Positions 9,199 to 18,242 of a stretch of DNA of 32,000 bases are shown here, piece by piece; position 1 is the first letter of the stretch; every line of letters starts with the position of its first letter. Under the pieces are notes generated by a model that was given only the letters and a program-made list of their open reading frames with translations, was not told the origin of the DNA and did not search any database. The DNA lies in assembly GCF_000145275.1 (NCBI RefSeq), contig NC_014393.1:1119367-1151366 (forward strand). Direction: 5' to 3'. The stretch comes from Clostridium cellulovorans 743B. GTDB lineage: Bacteria > Bacillota > Clostridia > Clostridiales > Clostridiaceae. Made by a program: the position numbers and the translations under genes.

Positions 9199-9211
9199 TT
9201 GAAAGCACTGC

Positions 9212-9300
9212 TTTAAATTAATATAAATATATATTAATGATGCAGATATATAGGGATTATTGATGAGAACTGTGTGTTTTAAATTAATATAGATATATAT
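9212..9300. repeat. Two 23-bp direct repeats TTTAAATTAATATARATATATAT
   Basis: 9212..9234 and 9278..9300 differ by 1 nt and start 66 bp apart. They lie immediately upstream of the kinase start. Confidence 0.6.
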
Positions 9301-9320
9301 CAATAGAAAAAGCGAGGTAG

Positions 9321-10544
9321 GTGAAAGTTTTGAAAAATAGATTTAAATCAGTATTTATAGAAGATTTTGATGAAATGATTTCACCAAAGTTTCCTGTGGT
9401 ATTTGGTGTTGTACTAATTTATCTTGCTACTGTATTTGTGCAAAGTTCGGGAAAGTTATCTTTTCATGAGACTATAGGATTTACAATAGTTATGCTAATC
9501 CAAATTCTAGTATTTTTATTTTCTAACAAAATATTTAAGCATAAGTATTGGATTTACTTTATTGTGCAGGGAATAATAACCTTTGACTATGCCATAATAG
9601 CCCATGAGGGATATAAAACTATAGTTCTTGGGTTAGTGCCTCTTTTAATCATTCAAAGTATGATTGTTTATAATGATGCTATTAAAGTTATTCTTACCTC
9701 AATGTTTTTCTATAGTATTTTTGGTGGCACTATCATTATCATCAATGGCTTCCATGAATTAATTCAGTCTTTGCCACTGATTATAATAATAACTATAGCC
9801 ATGCGTGCATATGCAATCTTTTATTTTAAGCAAGTGAAGTTGCGGATACAAACTCAGAAGGTTTTAAAGGAATTAGAGTTAGCTTATGAGAAGGTTGAAG
9901 AGCTAACCTTAGCTAATGAGAGACAGAGAATGGCTAGAGATTTGCATGACACCCTTTCTCAAGGTCTTGCAGGATTGATAATGCAACTTGAAGCAATAAA
10001 TGCTAATTTAAGTAAGGAGAATGTGAAACGAGCTAATGAGATAGTTGAAAAATCAATGGAACATGCAAGAAGAACCTTGGCAGATTCTAGGCTTGTTATA
10101 AATGATCTAAGAAGTTATGAAAAAAGAAAAATGGATTTAAATAAGTCTTTAGAAAATGAAATAGATACTTTTAAGAATGTATCTAATGCTTTTATTTCAA
10201 AAGACATTAACATAGAAGCCCAAATATCTTCAAGGATAATTAAACAGATGGTATACATTGTGAGAGAAGCTCTAAATAATATAGCAAAACACGCAAAGGC
10301 TGAAAATGTAGTTGTCAAAATAATAGAAATCAATAATAAAATTAATATAAATATTTCTGATGATGGTGTAGGGTTTGATATTAGGATTTTAGATAAGTTA
10401 TTTGGACATTACGGTATAGTGGGGATTACCGAGCGTGTAAAGGCAATTAATGGTGAAATCAAAATAGAAAGTAAACGGAAGGTTGGAACAAATATAAATA
10501 TCATTATACCAATAGAGAAAGGAATAGATGAGGAAAATGGATAA
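9321..10544 (+). CDS. Sensor histidine kinase, HisKA_3 (NarX/LiaS/DesK-like) with polytopic N-terminus
   Basis: About 5 predicted TM helices, then H-box RMARDLHDTLSQGL and HATPase blocks REALNNIAKHA, DDGVGF, GIVGITERV. The start may be GTG 9321 or the in-frame TTG 9330. Confidence 0.88.
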   Translation: MKVLKNRFKSVFIEDFDEMISPKFPVVFGVVLIYLATVFVQSSGKLSFHETIGFTIVMLIQILVFLFSNKIFKHKYWIYFIVQGIITFDYAIIAHEGYKTIVLGLVPLLIIQSMIVYNDAIKVILTSMFFYSIFGGTIIIINGFHELIQSLPLIIIITIAMRAYAIFYFKQVKLRIQTQKVLKELELAYEKVEELTLANERQRMARDLHDTLSQGLAGLIMQLEAINANLSKENVKRANEIVEKSMEHARRTLADSRLVINDLRSYEKRKMDLNKSLENEIDTFKNVSNAFISKDINIEAQISSRIIKQMVYIVREALNNIAKHAKAENVVVKIIEINNKININISDDGVGFDIRILDKLFGHYGIVGITERVKAINGEIKIESKRKVGTNINIIIPIEKGIDEENG

Positions 10545-11190
10545 GAGAAAAATATTGGTAGTAGATGATCATTTGGTAGTTAGGGAGGGACTAAAGCTAA
10601 TTTTTGAAACAGAAGAAGAATATGAAGTTATAGGTGAAGCAGAAAATGGAGAAAAGGCATTGGTTCTTATTGAGCAGTTAAAACCTGATGTGGTTTTGAT
10701 GGATTTGAATATGCCTAGAAGAAGTGGGCTAGAAGCAATACGAGCCTTAAAAGAAAAGAAAAATCCCGTTCCAATAATTATTCTAACAACCTTTAACGAT
10801 GAAAATTTAATCAGAGAAGGCCTTGCTTTAGGGGCTAGGGGGTATTTGTTAAAGGATAGTACTCGTGAGGAACTTATAAGAACTGTTGAGGCTGCAATCA
10901 GAGGGGAACTACTTCTTCAGCCTGAAATCAGTGGGATAATTTTTGGGGCAAAAAAAGAATCAAAAGAAAGTAATAATACTTTTAACGCAGGGATTACGGA
11001 AAGAGAATTGTTTGTTCTACAAGCAGTTGCAAGAGGTTGTACTAGTAAGGAAATAGCTGTTGATATGGGTATTGCTGAAAGAACTGTGAAAGCTCATCTA
11101 ACTAATATATACAGTAAGCTTAAGGTTGAGTCTAGACCCCAAGCAGTTGCAGTAGCTATAGAACAGGGAATCATCCATATTGAGAAATAG
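10537..11190 (+). CDS. NarL/LuxR-family response regulator
   Basis: ATG at 10537 (MDKRKILVVDDH) overlaps the kinase stop by 8 nt and follows GAGGAAA. Receiver plus C-terminal LuxR HTH (ITERELFVLQAVARGCTSKEIAVDMGIAERTVKAHLTNIYSKL). Confidence 0.9.
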   Translation: MDKRKILVVDDHLVVREGLKLIFETEEEYEVIGEAENGEKALVLIEQLKPDVVLMDLNMPRRSGLEAIRALKEKKNPVPIIILTTFNDENLIREGLALGARGYLLKDSTREELIRTVEAAIRGELLLQPEISGIIFGAKKESKESNNTFNAGITERELFVLQAVARGCTSKEIAVDMGIAERTVKAHLTNIYSKLKVESRPQAVAVAIEQGIIHIEK

Positions 11191-11271
11191 AAGGTATTTG
11201 AATTTAGCAGGTAATTATCAGAGGTAATCAATGAAAATATTGTAGCGTGTTTCTAAGGAAAGGGGAAAATT

Positions 11272-12102
11272 ATGAGAAAAGTATGTGTAATAACTGGTGG
11301 TGGCAGTGGTATGGGACTCGCAACTGCAAAAATAATAGGTAAGGATAACTATATTATTATTGTAGGTAGAACCATAAAGAAACTTGAAAAAGCGTTGGAA
11401 GAATTAAGAGCAGAAGGTATTGAGGCAGAAGCTTTTGCTTGTGATATTTCAGATGAAGCTTCAGTAAATAAATTAGCAGCCCATGCAAAGGAAATAGGAA
11501 CTATTTCTTCGGTAATACATGCAGCAGGAATGTCACCACATATGGGAGAGGCAGTAACAATAATGGAGGCCAATGCCTTAGGTACAATCAATATAAATGA
11601 GGTTTTTTATAAGGTTATGGAAAAAGGTTCTTGCATTATAGATGTATCATCTATGTCGGCTTATCTTACTCCGAAATTTATTATGCCCAAAGGTAGTTAT
11701 AAATACAGCAGAACTAATAAAGAAATTTTTATGAAGAAAATGATGGCAAGAGTTAATCTTTTCCCTAAAAAGGTTAGGTCAGGTGTAGCTTATGGCATCT
11801 CTAAAAACTTTGTTACTTGGTATGCAAAAACTGATGCTGCAAAGTTTGGGCAAAAGGGTATCCGAGTATTATCAATTTCCCCAGGATCTTTTGAGACACC
11901 TATGGGTGAAGTGGAAAAAGACGAAGTTGAAAATCTTATAAAATTTTGTGCAATAAAGCGACTGGGACATGTTGAAGAAATTGCAAATTTGATGGCATTT
12001 TGTGCCAGTGACAAGGCTGGATATTTAACTGGGGTGGATATACTTTGTGATGGAGGCTGTGTTGCCTCTGGATGTAATCCTCTTAAAATGAAGCAGAGTT
12101 GA
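11272..12102 (+). CDS. SDR-family oxidoreductase
   Basis: Rossmann motif TGGGSGMG. YGISK in the catalytic Y-x3-K position. RBS GGAAAGGGG upstream. Confidence 0.8.
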   Translation: MRKVCVITGGGSGMGLATAKIIGKDNYIIIVGRTIKKLEKALEELRAEGIEAEAFACDISDEASVNKLAAHAKEIGTISSVIHAAGMSPHMGEAVTIMEANALGTININEVFYKVMEKGSCIIDVSSMSAYLTPKFIMPKGSYKYSRTNKEIFMKKMMARVNLFPKKVRSGVAYGISKNFVTWYAKTDAAKFGQKGIRVLSISPGSFETPMGEVEKDEVENLIKFCAIKRLGHVEEIANLMAFCASDKAGYLTGVDILCDGGCVASGCNPLKMKQS

Positions 12103-12270
12103 AATTCATATAAGATATTATAAATCTAAGATAGTATAATGTGCATAATTAAATTTGCCCCCAAAACATATATATGACCATGGAAATTAACAAAGTTGAC
12201 GAAGCCACACTACTGCAGTGATATATAGGTTATATATTGATAGTAAAGCTGAACCTAGATAAAAGCTTTA

Positions 12271-12309
12271 CCCAAAGGTGCAAATGCCAGATGCCCAAAG
12301 GTACAATTG
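12271..12309. promoter_or_regulatory. Two copies of the CCCAAAGGTRCAAWTG motif upstream of the second SDR gene
   Basis: CCCAAAGGTGCAAATG at 12271..12286 and CCCAAAGGTACAATTG at 12294..12309, starting 23 bp apart. The second copy is identical to the site at 9183..9198. Confidence 0.45.
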
Positions 12310-12409
12310 AGGAAAAGGTTTAAGAATTATATACTAAGAACATAAAAGATAGCCTGTTGTGCTAACTGAATATTAAGGATTATAAAATAATTAATCATAG
12401 GGGGAAATT

Positions 12410-13210
12410 ATGAAGGTAGAAAATAAAAACATAGTAGTTACTGGTGGAGGAAACGGTGTTGGAAGAGAAGTAGTTCTTAAACTATTATCAAAAGGTGCTA
12501 GGGTAATTGCAATTGATATAAATAAATCTGCACTAGAGGAAACATATAAAATATCTGGTGGAAGCGATAAATTATTGACACGAGTTGTGAATATTACAGA
12601 TAAAAAAGCTGTCTTAGATTTTGCAGAAGAAATCATTGGAACTTTGGGGTATATTGATGGAGTTATCAATAATGCAGGAATTATACAACCCTTTGTACAA
12701 TTGAAAGATTTAACCTTTGAACAAATAGATAAAGTAATGGATGTTAATTTTTATGGAACATTGTATATGACAAAAGCATTTTTAAATCATTTATTGACTA
12801 GACCAGAAGCACATATTGTGAATATTGCTAGTATGGGAGGATTTTTCCCAGTGCCAGGTCAAAGTGCATACGGTGCTTCAAAGGCAGCAGTTAAGATAAT
12901 GACGGAAGGCTTGTATTCAGAACTATCAGATACTAATGTACATGTATCCGTTGTATTTCCAGGTGGTATAGCCACAGATATAAAGAAAAACTCACAGCTT
13001 ACTAATGAGAGTGCTTCGGAAAAAGAGAAAAATTCTAAATTAATATTATCACCTTCTGCTGCTGCTGAAAAGATTATAAGTGGAATGGAAAAAAATAAGT
13101 ACAAGTTCTGCATTGGCAAGGATTCTAATCTTATGGATTTTATGTATAGAATAAATCCAGGTTTTGCTACTAAAGTAATTAAACGAGCTCTTGGTTCAAA
13201 GATACATTAG
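12410..13210 (+). CDS. SDR-family oxidoreductase
   Basis: TGGGNGVG cofactor motif, NNAG, and catalytic YGASKAA. Confidence 0.85.
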   Translation: MKVENKNIVVTGGGNGVGREVVLKLLSKGARVIAIDINKSALEETYKISGGSDKLLTRVVNITDKKAVLDFAEEIIGTLGYIDGVINNAGIIQPFVQLKDLTFEQIDKVMDVNFYGTLYMTKAFLNHLLTRPEAHIVNIASMGGFFPVPGQSAYGASKAAVKIMTEGLYSELSDTNVHVSVVFPGGIATDIKKNSQLTNESASEKEKNSKLILSPSAAAEKIISGMEKNKYKFCIGKDSNLMDFMYRINPGFATKVIKRALGSKIH

Positions 13211-13234
13211 ATTTAAATAATATTAATAAAAACA

Positions 13235-13265
13235 GAAATGCTTAGCAGATATTGCTAAGCATTTC
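13235..13265. terminator. Bidirectional terminator hairpin between convergent genes
   Basis: Perfect 13-bp stem GAAATGCTTAGCA / TGCTAAGCATTTC with a 5-nt loop. There is an A-run on the left (a T-run for the minus strand) and only a weak T-run on the right. Confidence 0.65.
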
Positions 13266-13365
13266 TTAGGATAAGGGGGTTATCCTGTTTCTATATTTAT
13301 ATTATTTAATATAGCAAAGTTATTATTTTTTACTTAGGAAAATAAAGCATATTGTAATCTTAGTA

Positions 13366-14130
13366 TTACCATGTATTATTAGCGTCATCTAATAACAAAT
13401 CTCTACGACTACACCAGTTGTTTTCTAAAGCATTTCTTCTTAATACTAAATATAATTCAGCGTTTGTAGCATTACTATAAGGCATAACGAAGAATACACC
13501 TATTCCGCAAAGTAATGAGCCTAATATATACCAACCAATAAATGATAAGTCTAATACAAACATATCCCATTTATGTCCCATAGTCATTTTATTACTTAGA
13601 GCAATTGCTTCCTCAGTTCCGATATTTGGGTTGTCTGAAAGGATATAAGGTACCATTCTGTATGCATAAGCTTTTATGATACCAGGTATGATTAATAGTA
13701 GAGTCCAGAGGAAAATAAAAATATTTGTAACTAACATTGTTTTTACTATACCTTTGTAGTTTTCACCATTAAACCCAAAGCCTAAACAAATTCTATCATC
13801 TCCATATTGAGAAGCTTGAGTAAAAAATCTCTTTCCACCTACTTCTAAAGAATATCCGACGAAAATACGAAAGGCTAGTATTAGTACAGATACTATTAAG
13901 AAAATGGAAGCAAAAACAAGTATAAAGTGCCAATCTATAAAGTCACTATAGTGGAAATTTGAATAAGTATGATTTTTAAAATCTTTATAGTTAGAACGAC
14001 CGTTACCGCCGCCACTCCAGGCATCATTTCCACCAGTAATAGCTATTACTATACTAACCACAAGTGCACGCCAATAAGTCTTTCTTAAAATATCTTTAGC
14101 TCTGTTTTTTAATTCTTTTCTAGACCACAT
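13366..14130 (-). CDS. DUF975-like integral membrane protein
   Basis: The N-terminus MWSRKELKNRAKDILRKTYWRALVV and the multi-TM layout are typical of DUF975 proteins as I recall them. Confidence 0.65.
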   Translation of the reverse strand: MWSRKELKNRAKDILRKTYWRALVVSIVIAITGGNDAWSGGGNGRSNYKDFKNHTYSNFHYSDFIDWHFILVFASIFLIVSVLILAFRIFVGYSLEVGGKRFFTQASQYGDDRICLGFGFNGENYKGIVKTMLVTNIFIFLWTLLLIIPGIIKAYAYRMVPYILSDNPNIGTEEAIALSNKMTMGHKWDMFVLDLSFIGWYILGSLLCGIGVFFVMPYSNATNAELYLVLRRNALENNWCSRRDLLLDDANNTW

Positions 14131-14608
14131 ATAGATCCTCCATTCAAAATATCAATCTAATTTATTTAAAGCATTGAATAAGTAATTGGTATAAATTTAT
14201 TATATGGTAACTTATACTTTATAACAAGTTTAATATATGCACATAAACGGTTATAATTACTAATTGTATCTTCTAGATCCCAATATGCTAGTTGTTGCTT
14301 TTGATTACTTTCTTTTTCTAGGCTTTTCAAGTTAAGAAGTATTTATACATAACTAGGACCTTTTATTGAGGTTGAAATGATAAAAAGAGTTAGGAAATAA
14401 AAGGTTGTTTATCGAAAATTAAATGATGTGAGTTAAAAATTTGCATATGTTAGTTAAATGTTTACAAAATATTCAGCAAAAAAATAATCATTTATACGAA
14501 TTACTATATTGAGTTACTTTATAGATATATGAGTGCTTATTGAGAAAATTGCATAACTCAAAAACAAAGCATTTGTATAAAATCAATATTTTGAAAGGAA
14601 TGATGGGA

Positions 14609-16903
14609 ATGAAAGTCAAACAATTAGTGAAAAAGACTACAGTTAGTGTTGCTACATTAGCTATCTTTTCCACAATGCTTGGGGTACAAGCACACTCTGA
14701 AACTGTAAGCAAGACTTACAATTATGCAGAAGCATTTCAAAAATCAATGTACTTTTATGATGCAGAGAAATGTGGAGCAGGTATTACAGGTGGAAAGTTA
14801 GAATGGAGAGGGGATTGTCATACTGATGATGCAAAGATCCCTTTAGTGCCAGCAGGAAAAGGCGCTGATGGTGCAATGGCAGAGAAAGGTGTTTCCTTAA
14901 CTCAAGAATTTATTGATGCCAACAGAAAATATCTAGATCCTGATGGTGATGGAACTGTTGATTTAAGTGGTGGTTTTCATGATGCAGGAGACCATGTTAA
15001 GTTTGGGTTACCTGGCTCTTATGCAGCAGCTACTTTAGGTTGGGGTTTTTATGAATTTAAAGATGCTTATGCCAGAATCGGTGAAGAAGCTCATATGAGA
15101 GATTTATTAAAGTGGTATTCAGATTATTTCTTACGTTGTACTTTCATGAATGAAAATGGAGAAGTTGTGGCTTTCTGCTATCAAGTTGGAGAAGGAAGCT
15201 CCGACCACAGCTACTGGGGTGCGCCAGAACTTCAACCTACACTTAGACCTGCATATTTTGCAACTCCGCAGACTCCTGCTAGTGACCAAGTTGCTGGAGC
15301 TGCTGCAGCACTTGCGATAATGTATTTAAATACGAAAGATACTGATGCTGCCTATGCTGAAAAATGTTTAAGTACTTCAAAAGCTCTTTATAATTTCGCA
15401 GTTAAGTATCGTGGACTTGGATACTCTGGAGGGTTCTATGGTTCATCTTATGATGAGGATGAACTTTCTTGGGCAGCAGTATGGCTTAATATTGCAACAG
15501 GAGAAAAATCTTATATTAATGACATAGTTGAGGTTTCTCCAGATGGACGTTATTTAGGCTATCTTGGAAAGATAATTAAATCTACTCAGGATGATTGGCA
15601 AAATATTTGGTGTCATAGCTGGGATGTTGTTTGGGGTGGTGTATTTGCGAAGCTAGCTCCAATAACTAATACAGAGAGAGATTGGTACATATTTAGATGG
15701 AACATCGAATATTGGTCAGGGGTTCCACATGAAGACCCAAGTGACAAAACCTTTATGGCTGCTACTCCAGGTGGGTTCAAGGTAGTAAATACTTGGGGCT
15801 CAGCACGTTATAATTCAGCTGAACAATTATGTGCCTTAGTATATAAGAAGGAAACTGGTAGTAGTGATTTCGATGCATGGGTTAAGAGCCAAATGAATTA
15901 TATATTAGGTGATAATCCTTTGAATAGATGCTATGAGGTAGGTTATGCAGAGAATTCAGCAAAGCATCCACATCACAGAGCTGCTCATGGTTCTATAACT
16001 AACAACATGGGTGTCCCAAATGAACACAGACATACTCTTTGGGGAGCTTTAGTAGGAGGTCCAGACCAGACTGATAGCCATAAAGATGATACAACGGACT
16101 TTGTAGGTAATGAGGTTGCAGTAGATTACAATGCAGGTTTTGTTGGAGCTTTAGCAGGTATAACTAAATATTTTGGACAAGATCAAATGCCACTTGAAAA
16201 TTTTCCACTAAAAGAAGCTCCTGTAGATGAATTCTTTGTGGAATCAAAACTTGAGCAGGAAAATGGTGAAAGAACACAGGTTACAATAAGAGCCAACAAT
16301 CTTACAGTACATCCACCTCATACTGAAGACACAATAAAGGTTAGATATTTCTTTAATATATCTGAGCTTATGCAATATAACCAAGGAATAGATGCGATAA
16401 CTTGTCCTGTTATGTACGATCAATCAAATACTGTTGATGTTAAGGGTGCAACTATAAGTGCTCCAGTTGAATGGGATAAAGAAAAGGGTATTTATTATGT
16501 TGAAATTGATTGGAGTGGCAATGCTATATACGGTTCTAGAGAATTCCACTTTGGACTTGTAACAGGTCAAGATTCAAATTGGAAGGCTCATTGGGACCCT
16601 ACTAATGATTGGAGCCGCCAAGGTGTAACAGAAGAATATGCTCAAAACCCTCATATATCAATGTATGTTAATGGAAAGAAAGTATTCGGAGAAGAGCCAA
16701 CAACAAAAGTTCTAGTAATTAAAGGTGATGCTGATGGGAACGGAAAGGTTACAGCCATTGATTTAGCATACATTAAGAAATATATTTTAGGCCAAGGTAG
16801 CATAATTTTCCCAGGAGGCATAGAAGTAGTAGATATGAATGGAGATGGTGTAATAAATGCAATTGACCTTGCCCTCTTAAAGAAGGCTTTATTAGGACTT
16901 TAA
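14609..16903 (+). CDS. Cellulosomal endoglucanase: signal peptide, GH9 catalytic domain, CBM3c-like module, type I dockerin
   Basis: GH9 motifs DLSGGFHDAGDHVKF, HHRAAHGS, GALVGGPD, DYNAGF. The C-terminus has duplicated dockerin segments GDADGNGKVTAIDLAYIKKYIL and DMNGDGVINAIDLALLKKALL. The likely start is ATG 14609 (MKVKQLVKK...), 9 nt after AAGGA. The 14540 ORF start is an upstream extension. Confidence 0.9.
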   Translation: MKVKQLVKKTTVSVATLAIFSTMLGVQAHSETVSKTYNYAEAFQKSMYFYDAEKCGAGITGGKLEWRGDCHTDDAKIPLVPAGKGADGAMAEKGVSLTQEFIDANRKYLDPDGDGTVDLSGGFHDAGDHVKFGLPGSYAAATLGWGFYEFKDAYARIGEEAHMRDLLKWYSDYFLRCTFMNENGEVVAFCYQVGEGSSDHSYWGAPELQPTLRPAYFATPQTPASDQVAGAAAALAIMYLNTKDTDAAYAEKCLSTSKALYNFAVKYRGLGYSGGFYGSSYDEDELSWAAVWLNIATGEKSYINDIVEVSPDGRYLGYLGKIIKSTQDDWQNIWCHSWDVVWGGVFAKLAPITNTERDWYIFRWNIEYWSGVPHEDPSDKTFMAATPGGFKVVNTWGSARYNSAEQLCALVYKKETGSSDFDAWVKSQMNYILGDNPLNRCYEVGYAENSAKHPHHRAAHGSITNNMGVPNEHRHTLWGALVGGPDQTDSHKDDTTDFVGNEVAVDYNAGFVGALAGITKYFGQDQMPLENFPLKEAPVDEFFVESKLEQENGERTQVTIRANNLTVHPPHTEDTIKVRYFFNISELMQYNQGIDAITCPVMYDQSNTVDVKGATISAPVEWDKEKGIYYVEIDWSGNAIYGSREFHFGLVTGQDSNWKAHWDPTNDWSRQGVTEEYAQNPHISMYVNGKKVFGEEPTTKVLVIKGDADGNGKVTAIDLAYIKKYILGQGSIIFPGGIEVVDMNGDGVINAIDLALLKKALLGL

Positions 16904-16940
16904 ATTAATCAATCAATTGATCAAGGATAAAAATATATAG

Positions 16941-17010
16941 GTTCCAGTAATGTTTCTACATTGAATGCGTATAACATTTATGAAATTAATGTAGATTTCT
17001 AATTGGAATA
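16941..17010. repeat. Structured intergenic element, copy A (GTTCCAGTAATGTTTCTACA ... ATGTAGA ... TAATTGGAA)
   Basis: The 20-mer at 16941..16960 matches 29938..29957 at 19 of 20 nt. Both copies have a nested inverted-repeat layout: outer TTCCA.TAA/TTA.TGGAA and inner CTACA/TGTAG. Confidence 0.6.
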
Positions 17011-17027
17011 TATAGATAAATTATAAA

Positions 17028-17062
17028 GGCTGTCTAGGTAACTAAAACTTCCATAGGCAGTC
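17028..17062 (+). terminator. Possible terminator hairpin downstream of the GH9 gene
   Basis: GGCTGTCTAGG pairs with CCATAGGCAGTC (imperfect, with G-U pairs and a bulge), followed by a short T-run. Confidence 0.35.
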
Positions 17063-17214
17063 TTTATGTATTAAATAAATATAAATAAAGTTGATATATT
17101 AATAGTTTTAGAGTTTCAGTACAATATCTATGTAGATGTAAGAACAAAGAATACTATATATTTCCCTATTTTAATGAAGTCAAAAGTAGAATAAATAATT
17201 TTAGGAGAAGGTTT

Positions 17215-17649
17215 ATGAAAGATATGAAATTTACAGTTGAAGAAGCTATAAGCTTTTCAAAGGAAGGAAAAATAGAAGAATGGGTTCATTTATTTTTGAA
17301 TTCTGTAGGAAATAATGTGCCTTTTTCAGAAGGACTAAAATTGCAAAAAAGATATTGGACAGGTCCCTTGCTTATAAGTATTGATAAGTTAAGACGATGC
17401 TGTGGTCCAGAACCAGGTATGGAATATTACAATCCACCAGAGCATTGGGAGCCTCGCATTTTCAACTTACAAGAACTTATTCGTAAAGGTTGGGGCATGC
17501 CACCTTTAATAGTACAGCATGAAGGAGATGACTTTAGAATAAACGATGGAAATCATCGAGTTGAGGCTATGACTAGAGAAGGTATTGAAAAATGTTGGGT
17601 TATTATTTGGAATTCACATTATCAGGATGATATTAATGATTTTTACTAG
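17215..17649 (+). CDS. Small ParB/sulfiredoxin-like domain protein
   Basis: RBS AGGAGAAGG. The DGNHRVEA motif resembles the DGHHR signature of ParB N-terminal-domain proteins. The gene stands alone. Confidence 0.5.
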   Translation: MKDMKFTVEEAISFSKEGKIEEWVHLFLNSVGNNVPFSEGLKLQKRYWTGPLLISIDKLRRCCGPEPGMEYYNPPEHWEPRIFNLQELIRKGWGMPPLIVQHEGDDFRINDGNHRVEAMTREGIEKCWVIIWNSHYQDDINDFY

Positions 17650-17663
17650 AGTTTTTATAGATA

Positions 17664-17708
17664 CCTAAAGTCAAAGATTAAATTATTCGTCTAAACTTTG
17701 ACTTTAGG
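17664..17708 (+). terminator. Hairpin after the ParB-like gene
   Basis: Perfect 13-bp stem CCTAAAGTCAAAG / CTTTGACTTTAGG with a 19-nt loop and a poor T-run. Confidence 0.45.
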
Positions 17709-17892
17709 ATTTAATGATATCAAGAAAAATATTTATGTATAATCTTAGCTTTATTCAAATATGTTAAAGTGATTTATTTTGTGGATAATTCAAATTTAGT
17801 TGTTGATATATGTATGGATTATATACAAGGCAATGTATTTTGAAAAAAGGTTAAGAGCCTATGTATCAGAGAAAAAAGTTATGGGAAACATA

Positions 17893-17921
17893 TTGACATA
17901 AGTGCATTTGTTTACTATATT
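17893..17921 (+). promoter_or_regulatory. Sigma-A-type promoter of the metG leader
   Basis: TTGACA (17893..17898), a 17-nt spacer, then TATATT (17916..17921). Confidence 0.7.
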
Positions 17922-17924
17922 AAT

Positions 17925-18197
17925 AAAAAGGCCATGAAAAGAGCAGTAGTTATTTTTAAAACTTACAGAGAGTTCCTTTTGCTGAGATGGAACAGTGGAC
18001 AATTTAATGAAACAAGTCTTGGAGCTGCATACGGATCCTATTTTATCCATAGGTGATGCTATGACGTTTGTTCACGTTACAGAACTAGGGTATAATTTTG
18101 TACTTGATAAGGTTAGTATGGTGACATACTAATGAAATAGGGTGGCAACGCGGTATAATCGCCCCTACAAATTATTTGTAGGAGGTGTTTTTTTTAC
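17925..18197 (+). promoter_or_regulatory. T-box riboswitch leader, probable Met (AUG) specifier
   Basis: Stem I elements GAAAAGAGCAGTAG and CAGAGAG..GCTGAGA. Candidate specifier TTA-ATG-A with ATG at 18007..18009. Conserved T-box sequence AAATAGGGTGGCAACGCGG (18135..18153). Terminator CCCCTACAAA/TTTGTAGGAGG (18162..18185) followed by a long T-run. Confidence 0.8.
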
Positions 18198-18242
18198 GTT
18201 TTTTTATGCAAAGATAGGATTATATTTTAAGGAGTGTTCATT

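Noticed and set aside
9212-9300. Possible CRISPR-like or tandem array.
   Set aside because: There are only two copies of a 23-bp AT-only repeat. There is no regular repeat-spacer series and no cas genes in the window.
9067-9303. 78-aa minus-strand ORF in the divergent intergenic region.
   Set aside because: It runs through AT-rich repeats and the hairpin, has a repetitive translation (IYIYINLK twice, caused by the 23-bp DNA repeat) and has no RBS. The DNA repeats explain it better than coding does.
14540-14608. Upstream extension of the GH9 ORF (MRKLHNSKTKHLYKINILKGMMG...), and the 14488..14712 antisense ORF.
   Set aside because: The extension precedes the signal peptide and has no RBS. ATG 14609 gives a canonical MKVK...signal peptide after AAGGA.
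17859-18050. 63-aa minus-strand ORF upstream of metG.
   Set aside because: It overlaps the promoter and stem I of a clear T-box leader on the plus strand, so the RNA element explains the region.
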